Assembly (NCBI GenBank): GCA_965112155.1
Contig: OZ218102.1
Length of the DNA stretch: 64,000 bases
DNA from: Podarcis liolepis
Lineage: Eukaryota
Strand: one strand, 5' to 3'
Below the pieces are notes generated by a model, which worked only from the letters and a program-made list of their open reading frames with translations, had not been told where the DNA came from and did no database searches. Numbering within the stretch: the stretch's first letter is position 1; every line of letters begins with the position of its first letter. Below are positions 25,633-36,732 of the stretch, piece after piece. Both the position numbers and the translations under genes were made by a program.

Positions 25633-26094
25633 GCGAGTATCGGGGAGCTGGGGGGGGGGGAGGGAAGAGGGCGCCTGGAGCCGCGGGGACACACGGAAAC
25701 GGAATGGCCTTGGCTGCCCTCCTGCATTTGCAGCACATGCACTCAGTTTGGCAAGTTCCTGTGTCTAGACAAACTTGGCTACTCCTCCTCTGCTTGCCCC
25801 TGACTCGAGATCATTTATGAGCAAGTTTAAAAGGCACAGTTTCTGTATCTCCCGTTGGAAAAGTTTCACTACCATTTAGCCCACTCCTAATCCACAAAGG
25901 GCCTCTCCTCTTAATCCATGATTGCTAGGTTTACTCAAAGGTCTTTGAAGAAGTATCTTGTCAAAAAATTTTAAAAGTCAAAGTACACAAGGACAGTCAG
26001 ATCACCTCTGCCTGCCTCCCTGTTGATGCTCTTGGAGAGAGCAGAGTTTGTGAGACAGACTTTTTCCTTGCAGAAGCCTGTTGCTTCCGCTTCC

Positions 26095-26925
26095 TAGAAT
26101 AGAATCATAGAATTGTAGAGTTGGAAGGGACCCCCAGAGTCATCTAGTCCACCCCCTGCAATGCAGGGATCTCAACTAAAACATCCCTGGCAGTTGGCCG
26201 CCCAGCCTCTGCTTAAAAACCTTCCAGGAAGGTGAGTCCACCACCTCTTTCCATTGTCAAAGAGCACCCGCCCTGTGGAACGCCCTCCCGTCAGATGTCA
26301 AGGAAATAAACAACTATCTGACCCTGTTTAGGGAAGTTTTAAGGTTTGACATTTTTTCGTGTTTTTAATGTTCCGTTGGGAGCTGCCCAGAGTGGCTGGG
26401 GCAACCAAGTCAGATGTGCGGCATACAAATAATAATAAAATAATTATTACTATTAATGTTAACTGTCAGAAAGCTCTTCCTGATGTTTAGTTGGAATCTC
26501 CTTTCTTGTAACTTGAAACCATCTTGTTCCCTCCTCCATATGACAGCCCTTGAAATATTTCCTCTCAGTCTCCTCTTTTCCAGGCTAAACATACCCAGCT
26601 CCTTCAACTGCTCCCTATAAAGCTTGGTTCCCAGACCCTTGATCATCTTGGTTGCCCTCCTCGCACACATTCCAGCTTGTCAGCATCCTTCTTAAATTGT
26701 GGTGCCCAGAACTGGACACTGGACTCCAGGTGGGGTCTGACCAAGGTGGAATAGAGTGGGATTATTACTTCCCTTGATCTGGGCACTCAACTTCTGTTGA
26801 TGCAGCCTAGAATAGCGTTAACATTTTTTGCTGTGGACTCACGTTATGCTTGTGGTCTACCCCTAGATCCTTTTCACATGCACAACTGATAAGCCAGGTG
26901 TCCCCTATCTTATGTTTTCAGTCAT
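26095..26925 (-). mobile_element. CR1 LINE 3' fragment interrupted by an L2 3' end (~26264-26455, + strand)
   Basis: Minus-strand RATKMIKGL...[13 protein letters not shown]...ERRFQLNIRKSFLTV, with a TAGAAT tail at the left. The nested piece 'ctgtggaacgccctccc...gcccagagtggctggggcaacc.agtcagatg...aataataataaa' is an L2 terminus. Confidence 0.85.
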
Positions 26926-27346
26926 TCGTGTTACACTGGCTGCTTTCCAGTCCTCAGGTGTGGAGGCTGATCTCAGTTAAATTTTTCTGTTAGAAGCTTA
27001 GCAATTTCACATTTCTTTTCCATGGGAACTCTCAAGTAGATGCTAGAAAGCCTGGAAAGGTTTTCTCATTCTAAGAGTTTACTGCCCCCCCATCTTGTAT
27101 AATTGGCTGTATATCCTAAAGTTGTGCTTTCTTTACAGGCTTTGTAGGTTCTGCCACTGACAGTTAGCATGTCTCTTTGTGTGTGTGCCATGTGGCGCTG
27201 GTGTTTTTGCTCACAAGATGCTCCCTTATTCTGATGGAGATCTGATTATAAATTGAAGGTGGGAGGAAGATCAAGTAGAAAGCAGCAACTGTATACAGCA
27301 TCTCTTCTGAAAATCAAGTGCTGAACCATATTTTCTCAATCTCCAG

Positions 27347-27513
27347 ATATTCAAGAATTTTATGAAGTGACTTTACTTGACAATCCCAAAAGTGTTGATC
27401 GCTCAAAGCAGATTGAGTTTGTACAGCCTGTGAATACATGGGACTTCTCCAGCCTTCCAAGCACAACAGTGACTTCTGAAACACTGCCAAGCAGCCTTAG
27501 CCCAACCACAGAG
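27347..27513 (+). CDS. DLG1: DLG1 beta exon 3 (end of L27 + Ser/Thr linker)
   Basis: ctccAG acceptor, GAG|GTATGA donor, 167 nt. Encodes [56 protein letters not shown]. Missed by the ORF track. Confidence 0.96.
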
Positions 27514-28541
27514 GTATGACTTTAAAATGTTTGCTCTGGCTCTTGAGCCAATGGGATGGCCATTCTTAAATCTAGATCTCCTGTACAGACTTGTGGTCAG
27601 CTTGACAGTAAATCAAAGACTGATGGTTGCCAAGCTTGTATCCTTGTGTGGCAGGGAAGCTGCATTCTTTTTCTGTTTGGGCAGTGGGCTGGAAACACCA
27701 GAGTTGGAAATGGGGGTCAGGTAGGGTGTGCCCACCACCCCTCACTTCTTCCAAGTTCTACAGTCTTCCTGTTTCTCCATACAGAAGTCATTGAAGAGTG
27801 AACGGTTGTGCCTCAGTGACTAGAAATAGGGCCATGTCTGTGGGGAACCCAGGCTTATGAAGCTTGCTAGTTGGTGGAATTTGAGGAATGCTGCTGTCCT
27901 TCAGTTTAATCAACCTACAAAACTCTCTGAGTTTTTGTGGCATCAAGAGATAACAGTATGTAATAGTTGTTTGTTCCAGTGGAAATGTCCACAAGAGTAC
28001 CTTGTCATCTGTTGCCCCACTGAGGTTATGGAGGGATGTGGAATGTTCTGTGTGTTGCCAAAGGTGGAAGTGAGCAATCTGAAAAGAAGTTGTAAAACAA
28101 AGGCACACACATTTTTGGATTTTATTGTTTGCAGTGAAAGCTCACTGTGTCATCCGGTCTCTCTGTGTTCTTGGGCAACAGCATGTCTTCATTATTCAGC
28201 CTGCCTCTGTTTTCCCCGTGATCTTTCAAGACCTTCTTAGAGAGGCAGCTGGTTCCAGCTGCACGTTCATTGCACCTAGTCCTACCCTATCCCTGCTTGG
28301 ATGGTCGAGTGTGCTTTGCCTTTAGGATGTAGGAGTCCTCCTGAACTAGCCCCTGGTGGCTTTCTTCTAGGGGTCAGCTTAAAAGCTGCTCTTCCACGTT
28401 TTTGATATTAACTTCCAGGTTGATTTTAACTTCAATTTCAAGTAAAATCATCCCCTTTTGTACATCCTGGTTTGCCCCCAAATGTTTCTCAGCACAGAGG
28501 AACCCAGGATACCTCCTCCCTCCTCCACTGTATCATCCATA

Positions 28542-28985
28542 CAGTGGTACCTTGGTTCTCAAACTTAATCCGTTCCGGAAGTCCGTTCCAAAACCAAAGC
28601 GTTCCAAAACCAAGGCACGTTTTCCCATAGAAAGTAATGCAAAATGGATTAATCCGTTCCAGACTTTTAAAAACAACCCCTAAAACTGCAATTTAACATG
28701 AATTTTGCTATCTAACAATGAAAGCAATAAACAACGTACTGCAGTCAAACAATAAATCAATCAGCTGAACTAGGTTCCACATAGTCACAAAAACAAAACA
28801 AAAAGAGGTGCAAAAACGCAGAAACAGACAGACCTCAGTGTAACACTCAAAACGGAAGCGTAACACTCAAAACTGAGTATGTTTGGCTTCCAATAAAAGT
28901 TCGCACCCTGGAACACTTACTTCCAGGTTTGCAGTGTTTGGGTTCCAAGTTATTTGAGTACTAAGGCATTTGAGAACCAAGGTAC
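28542..28985. mobile_element. Tc1/mariner (Tigger-like) MITE
   Basis: TA|CAGTGGTACCTTGGTTCTCAAA ... TTTGAGAACCAAGGTAC terminal inverted repeats. Near-identical 5' part to the 30019 copy. Confidence 0.85.
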
Positions 28986-29467
28986 ATGGATTAACTCTGC
29001 TTGTCCTGCTGGCCGTACATGCAAAATACCTTGGAGGTACCATATTCCAGCGTTCTACCTAGCAACCTAAATTTTGCTTCCAGGACCACACCGTGACTTA
29101 TCCCTAATGTACTGTGGCTGCCGGCCTGGGGGCTGGCCTATCACAAATCCAGAGGCGTATGCTCAGCATGTCAGCATGCTGTGCTTCATCCTCCAAGAGT
29201 TCCTTCTGAGGAATCGTTCCCTTCCTTTCCTGAGACCCTCCATCTCTGTGAGGGCAGAGGAGCTGTCATCCTGGGAGTGGCATGTCGCCACCACGTCCTT
29301 GGGGGCCTCATCCTCAAATCTGTCCAGCCTTTCTCAATTTCTCCAGCTGAAGAAACTTGTACCTGGAGGACCAAGAGCTCATTGCACTTGGCACACGCCC
29401 CTGACTTCTGTTCAGCTGTCATGCATGCAGCGCTCTGTCATGCAAGACGCATATTGTGTTTTTGTGT

Positions 29468-29592
29468 TACAGATAGGTAGCCGTGTTGGTCTGCCATAGT
29501 CAAAATAAAAAAATTCCTTCCAGTAGCACCTTAAAGACCAACTAAGTTAGTTCTTGGTATGAGCTTTCGTGTGCATGCACACTTCTTCAGAT
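29468..29592 (-). mobile_element. Penelope-like pLTR fragment (copy B) with hammerhead core on the minus strand; 13-bp TSD
   Basis: TGTGTTTTTGTGT at 29455-29467 and 29592-29604. Reverse strand reads ATCTGAAGAAGTGTGCATGCACACGAAAGCTCATAC. Confidence 0.85.
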
Positions 29593-30018
29593 GTGTTTTT
29601 GTGTGTCATTTTCACTAATCTCAGCATTTCTCTTACACTCCCTTAATAGTCGGTTGGGGAAACGCACCACAAAATTTGGGGAAGTGTGGATTCTGAAAGA
29701 AGGATGCATCGTTTCAGGAAGTTCAAAGTAGAAATCCAAGGCGGATTTCTCACCCCCCCCCCAACCTATAGCCCTCTCCTTAGGCAGACGTGGCAGGATT
29801 TTGGAACGCAGAAGCCTGAAGGACTCTTTCCCAAAAAGTGCGAGGAGCAGCAGGACCTTCTTTCAAATCCAGCCTTAGGCTGCACGTTATTAAAACAAGC
29901 CACATCCTAGACACGGCTGCCTGCTTTTGCAAGACATTTCCCTGTGCCCCACCCACCCGGCTATAAACCGCTGGCCAGTTAGGCCAGCCCCAAAATTCCT
30001 TGTACACTCTTTCTAATA

Positions 30019-30685
30019 CAGTGGTACCTTGGTTCCCAAACTTAATCCGTTCCGGAAGTCCGTTCTAAAACCAAAGCGTTCCAAAACCAAGGCGTGTTTT
30101 CCCATAGAAAGTAATGCAAAATGGATTAATCCATTCCAGACTTTTAAAAACAGCCCCTAAAACAGCAATTTAACATTAATTTTGTTATGAAACAAGACCA
30201 TTGATCCCTAAAATGAAAACAATAATCAATGTACTGTACTATAAAATAAATAAAACAGTATTGTAGATGATAAATATTAATTTTTTTTTTCGTACCTGCA
30301 CTGATGATAGTCATTGTTTGGATGGGGGGCTTTTATCCATTTCCACAGTCACACAATCAATCAGTAGCTGAACTGGGTTCTAGTCACAAAAACAAGTCAC
30401 AAGTCAGAGTCCCATAAAACGAAGAGCAAGCCACAGTCACAAAAACAAAAATGAAAAAAATAGCAAAAACGAAAACACCATCACCTCAGAACGGAAACAG
30501 AAGGCTTCAATTACAATGCGGGGGGGGGGGCGCAAATTAGCAGCGCATCAGTACAAACGGAAGCTCAGGAGCACCTTTGGCTTCCGAAGCAAAGTTTGCA
30601 AACCGGAACACTGACTTCCGAGTTTGCGGTGTTGAATTTCCAAGTTGTTTGGAAACCAAGCTGTTTCAAAACTGAGGTGCCACTG
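30019..30685. mobile_element. Tc1/mariner (Tigger-like) MITE
   Basis: TA|CAGTGGTACCT...AGGTGCCACTG|TA: TIRs and TA duplication. Confidence 0.88.
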
Positions 30686-32312
30686 TATACTCTTAATAAA
30701 GTTTCATAATTGGACCAGTGAGGTTTGTGTGTGTTTGCCATTCTCAGGATTGAGGAATTCCTGTGCATCTAGGTGGCTTTGGGTTCCACCTTGTTGGAAG
30801 ACCAGAGTCAGTAAAGCCGGGAACTTGCCTTGTTCTCAGGGAGAAGCAGAGGTCCGGAGAGCTGGCTTGATGTTCTGTAAATTGCAAGGGATTTGCTGGA
30901 GGTGCAAGGTGCGCTGGTCCAGGATCCCGGGATTTGACTATTGATCATATATTCAGTGCCCCCCTTGTTTCCTGGACTGGTTGGTGACCTAGAAAGGGTA
31001 AGATTCAACAGGCAGCAGTTAGACAGGGAAGGGGGAGGAGAGGCTCCCCTGAGTATCCCTCCTCCTTCAAGTCTGTGTCTTGTTCCTTTTAAGTTTGGTA
31101 ACTTAAGGCTTTGCCAGTGGTGCTAAGAGGGGCTCCCACTCCCACCTGTGGAGCAACTTTGTAGTCTTAGCGCAGACACGCGCATGGACTCGGTTCCTGC
31201 ACAGTGAACTCCAGATCTCTCCATCGTTCATGGTCACGCGGGTCTGGTCTATGCAAGGCGAGGGAGGAGGAGAGCTCAGCCTGGCTGCCAGCCTCGGGAG
31301 CCCAGAGGGTCAGAGTCACCGGGTTCCTCATCTACCAACGAAGTTGCACTCACAGTAGACCCCTTTAAATTAATGGACCTCAATTAGCCATGGCCATGAA
31401 TCTCACTGGGTCTACCAGATAGAGCACACAATTTATGTAATTTGTGTGTGATCAGCAAAGCTTGCAGGAGTGCCGTTGGTCTGGTTGTAGCAGCTCCTGA
31501 GTCTTTATAGGGTTTACTTAATAATAATAATAATAATTCTGGAATCATTTGGGCATAGGCAGAAGTTGTCTTAGGCAGAGACAAACCGCTAGTCGGTCTT
31601 GCTCAATACTGATTCTCAGCCCTGCTGCCTGAGCCCTTTGGATTGGGAAGAAATTGGGGTCTTCCGTGTGCCAGCAGGTGCTGCCTTTGAGACACACCCT
31701 GTGAAATCTGGTACATTCAAGACGGGCAAGTGCTAAAAATAGTTAAAATCAAGCTTTGTTGTTTGTCTTCCTAAGCTCTGCTTTCACTTCCCACCCCTTC
31801 AGAAATTCTACATGGAATATTCCATCTGTTATCTTATTGACTCCAGATGCTGAAATTGTTTAATGGGGGAAACCTTTGCATGTAACTGTAGCTTTCATTC
31901 GCTGGAATGCTTCGTTGGGGAGGGAGAGAATTTTTTTTATTCAGCGGTTTATTCAAAATATGTTTAATTAAATACAGCTTTGAATCTCATCCATCAAGCC
32001 ATCTTTAGAACTGGGAGCAAACTGCATGAAGAAGCAGGTTAAACCTCAGGAATAATTTGGAGCCCATTGGAAAAGCCCCCTTCCTCTACAGTTGCTTGCT
32101 TGTTTGTTTCTAGGGAGCTTTTCTCATTTCCCATCGTGTTTCTGCCTATTGGGTTCTTTCTTCCTTGGCTGCATCCTGCGACAGGTCTTGATGCTTTGAC
32201 CCCCCTTTCTTTCTTTCCCCCTCTTCCCCCCTTATTCCCCCCCCCCAGTTTTCAGTAAACAACCACAGGCCAAATAATGGACTTAAAGTAAACTAACTGG
32301 CTGTGTGGAGCA

Positions 32313-32342
32313 ATGGACTGCCTTTGCATTGTAACCACCAAG
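32313..32342 (+). CDS. DLG1: DLG1 alpha-isoform first coding exon (MDCLCIVTTK, palmitoylated C3/C5)
   Basis: gcaATGG context, 30 nt, AAG|GTAAGA donor, phase 0 into the 43044 exon. Peptide identical to the alpha-SAP97/PSD-95 N-terminus. Confidence 0.95.
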
Positions 32343-35300
32343 GTAAGAGACGGAGTTTCAGCAGGGCTGGTGGCTGTGTTTGTGGGAAGCCGTATGTTAA
32401 CTTCCATGCTTTGCAACTTTTTGTAGGGAGAATTTCATTTCAAGCCAGTCACTCAGCCTCCTCTGGGATATCTTAGCTTGCTTAGCAGGACACAAAACGA
32501 GTGCATGTAAATGGATGTATTTTCTCTTCAACTTAATACTTTATGGTATTGAATGTATACAAATGCTGCATCTTCTTGCTGCTTTGCTTGAACTCTCAGA
32601 ATAGAACTCATATGCTAGTTTTACATAACCTTTAATCTTCCCTTTTTAATGGTTATCTTAATCTGAGGAAGCTTTATTGGGATTCCATTTTTCAATGTCC
32701 TGTGACACAAAGGTTCCATGTTGGCTGTGCTGATGCTGCCCAGTGCTTTACAATGGTCAGTCTTCCTCATTGCTTGCAAACGGCCAAGCGTCCTGACTTG
32801 GGGAAGCGGAATAGGGGTCTGAGCGGAAGAGGTGGGCTGAGAGAGGACTGGCGTGCTCTGTACTACTGAAGACCTTATTCTTCCTGTGAGACGCTTAAAA
32901 GCCCATCCCCACCCCCGTAATTCTGCCTTCAGCAAGCACAGTCATTGGAATGAAACAAAAACTACTTCATCAAGTCTGCATGTGAGAATAGAATCTGGCA
33001 ACTTTTAACGAGAGTATCTTGGCAGTTTACAGGTGATGGCTTTTTTAGAGCAATAGATGTGAAAGCCTCTGAATTTTTCTTACGGTAGGAAAATGAGCGC
33101 ATCCTTTCATACCTACTCTCTGTTTGCGCAAATGTCGTCTTCAAAGGGTTTTGCCTTGATGGCTGAAACAGATGAAGTCTCGTCTTTTGCCTGACAGTTT
33201 TGTCTTAGAGTTCTGTTTAGAGCTCAGGGAATGTCTAAGTGAGCGTTGCATTTGTGTTGGATCCAGAGTTGATGTCATTAAGATAATTGGCATTGCACAT
33301 TTAGGGTCCATTTAGAGTGTCAGTCCCTGAGTAGGAAAACTTCTCTGGACCTTCCAAGCTCTGAGCTTTAATAGTGAACCTTCCAAGAGGTTTGACTTCA
33401 TTCTGTATAGCAGGGTGCTGTTCTGGGGTTTAGAAATTTGTCTCAAGCAGTGTGAGCCGGTGCCGCGCAGAATGAAGCGTTCAGGTCATGTATTATTTAT
33501 TTTAAGAAATGTATAACCCATCGTTTAATAAAATTGCAACATTTCAAAACAATCAAGAAAATTAAAAACATGTAAAAGAAAAGCATATAAAATATACTGA
33601 AAATAGATTATGCTCTTCCTTTTTTAATTTTCACACTTTTGAAACAACAAAACTTCACAGGTAATCATAATATTAACCATAAATTTAACATCTGGGGCAC
33701 TAAAAAACCATCTGTTCTAAGAAGATTACAAATAAATGGTTTAATCACATCAGTTCAATCTCTGTATTACTCAAAGTAATCAGTTGTTCAATATGCTACA
33801 AAAGGATTCTGTATGTTTTAAAATTACATTTCTTTAACTTATTTTGTGTCACATGTGTGTGTTGTGGTTTTCAGCATATTCTTGTTCTTGGAACATGAAT
33901 CTTCCATTTAGATATTTTTAATATTGGTGAGGAGCAGATTTTTTTTTAGCTGTCAGTGATACCTCACTATTATAATACCAATATAATTATGTAGAAGGAA
34001 TCTAATGTTCAGATTGCCTTCCCTTATTAATATTCCTATGTTTTATCACATTCTGCTATAAACACCTGAAGCAAATGCAAAGCCTTGCTTAGTAATAGGG
34101 CAGCCTTGCATTCTTGTAGCTCTTCCTGATGCCTTAGCGATAGTGAGCCTGAGACAGAGAAAACCTGCTGGAAAGTAACTTGCCTATTGATTACAATGGG
34201 CCTAGTGTAACAACTGGGTGCTGCTGTTATCATTAGTATTATAACTGCTTATTACCTGTCCTTCACTGTAAGGTCGCAGGGCAGGTTATAACATTAAAAC
34301 ACAGTATTTAAAACAGTTTTACACAACTTAACCATCACAGTAATAAGATGGGTAATAGACATTTCATTTGTCGAATGCCAGGCTAAAGAGGTGTGTCTTC
34401 AGAAGCTAAATAATATAGGTGTCAGACATACCTTTTATTGTGAGTTGTGGCAGTTTCTTTGCCATATAATATTAACTTGCATTTTTGCCGCGATGACTGT
34501 AGCTGGTATAAAGGCTGATAGTCTCCAAAACAGAAGCATCTTTCAAAATCTTGATGATCAAAGAAACAGCACCTCACCTTGGCAATCTCTCCCTCCCCTA
34601 CTATATCGTCAGTATTTTATAATTATTTTCAACACCTCTACTTCTGAAGTATGACATCTTATACCTTTGCTAACATTTACACATCTTGAAGCTAAAGTTT
34701 ATAACTAGATCCTGGCCACCATTGTTTAATATAAATAATATTTCAAACAACTCAAATACAGAAGGGAGGTGGTTTCTTGGGGACTGTAGGATACCAACCA
34801 CATAACTAACGCTTAAGTTAAACTCCCAAGTTCCATCTGTTAGACCTTTGGGGAAAGAGAATGTGCTTTGCAGGTACAGTCCCAGGTTTGATCCCCAAAT
34901 TCAGTGGAAATGAATTCTTATTTTATATATATGTCCTTTCCTTTTACATGGTTACACATTTGTACAATTGCAGTGCTTACGTGTGCACAGTATCTTTGCA
35001 ATGGAAGGAGGTTTGGAGAAACCCAGAGCAAGTCAACCACTGCACTGTCTGTGGCCCCCGGAGGCCCCACCAGGTCCAATGGCCACCATCCACCACTGGC
35101 TTAAAGGCCTAGCCCACCAATTCAGGAGGTTTAGGGCACAAATCTGTGATGAAATGTCTGCATTCTTCCACTATTGTAGTTTTGTTCTATTTACTTTGCA
35201 ACGTAAGTTTTTATTCATTTATAAGGCACCCTAACAAAGGACAGTGTGTATTTATTGTGTAAATAAGCTGAAAAGTGCCTACCTTTGGTTAAGATGGTTC

Positions 35301-36535
35301 TGTTTCCTGCATTGCAGAAAGGTGGACTCGATGTGACCGGGGGGGGGGGGGATTCCTCCCACTTCTGCCATTCTGTGTGTCAGGGAAGAGACCAGTCCTG
35401 ACCCTGTGATTCTATGGTTCTGGAGCGTGTTCAGGAATAGAGAAGGCATGCTGCCCTCTGCTGCTGGCAAAAGGCAGGTCTTACTCTGACAACCACTGTG
35501 AGGAAAATGAAAGGGTTGGATGTGTTGCATCCATTTTGAGCAATGGGAGGAAAGGAATTGTGGGCCCTTTGCAATAGCAGTTTGCAGGTGGCTGATTCTC
35601 TGTGGAAGACAGAAGAGGAGCTCTGAGCATCCTCACTGTGTCTGGATGAGATTATTGCAATAATATGATCACTTTCTCTCATGTGTGCTCAGAAATATCA
35701 GGGCAGGAAAGCATCTAGATATAATAAATAAGGACGAAAACTTTCAGAGCTTTATAAACATCTTCTCTTTATGCCAAACTTTTGTATTCCTAATGTTGAA
35801 AACTTTGTAGCCCTTTGTTGTGACTTTGCAACTTTTTTCACCAAAGTCTCATCTTGAGTCTCTTCTACGTACCTAGAGAGACCTAAAGTGTAATGCTGGC
35901 CCCAGAATTGCTTCCATAATCTTTTGTAAGCCTATTCCAGCTTTATTGATTTCAAACCTCTATTAGCCACTCTTCAGCTGTAGCTCTCAGCTGTTCACAA
36001 AGTATAATATTAAAAACACAGCAAATAGCTAATTACAGCAGATGGAACAATCAGAATTAAAACCAAATAGAATGAAAAGGCCGGGATTTCAGCTGATGCT
36101 GAGAAGAAAATGAAAAGGGTGCCACTGAACCTCTTTTAAGAATGGAATTCCAAAAATGGGGCACTCCCCCCCCCAAAGCCCCTCTTGCTGCAGCTGCTGC
36201 CCGCATCTTCTCTCCCTTGGAGCAGCAGCCCCTCAGAGGCTGATCCTGCTGGAGGGAGCCGGCAACCTTAAACCATCCGGCACAAGCCCCCAGTTCCTTA
36301 TAACCAGATGTCACAGAATCAGACGTGTACTTCAGGGCTTTATCATATTGTCACTGTTGATTATTATATACTTCCCATGAATTAAACGGGCCTCTTTTCC
36401 CCTGAGACAAATTCTACTTGTATATGCATTTTCTGCTTCTAAAGCTGGCTTGAGAGATGTATTGTGGACCATGGTTTCCTGTGAACCGTATATGTTCCTA
36501 GTATAGGCAATATCAGTCTGGTAGAGTTCCATGTA

Positions 36536-36732
36536 CAGTGGTACCTTGGGTTACAGACACTTCAGGTTACAGACCCCGTTAACCCAGAAATAGTACCTCG
36601 GGTTAAGAACTTTGCTTCAGGATGAGAACAGAAATCGCGCGGTGGCAGTGGGAGGCCCCATTAGTTAAAGTGGTACCTGAGGTTAAGAACAGACCTCCGG
36701 AACGAATTAAGTTCTTAACCCGAGGTACCACT
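36536..36732. mobile_element. Short Tigger-like MITE
   Basis: TA|CAGTGGTACCTTGGGTTA ... TAACCCGAGGTACCACT, with internal repeats of the TIR (gtacct.gggttaagaac). Confidence 0.82.

Larger units (their letters stand above)
24560..25700 (+). promoter_or_regulatory. DLG1: CpG-island promoter of DLG1 (beta/L27 isoform)
   Basis: Very dense CpG. GC box GGGGCGGGG at 24872-24880, inverted CCAAT (ATTGG) at 24951-24955, YY1-type CGCCATCTT at 25017-25025, (GGC)/(GGA) repeats in the leader. Confidence 0.9.

Noticed and set aside
24141-25768. Several 170-260 aa Gly/Arg/Pro/Ala-rich ORFs on both strands
   Set aside because: Stop-codon depletion in the CpG island gives low-complexity translations.
35149-35202. 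MKCLHSSTIVVLFYLLCN followed by a phase-0 GTAAGT
   Set aside because: Frame-compatible with the KYR exon, but no recognisable homology and no promoter signs; chance is likely.
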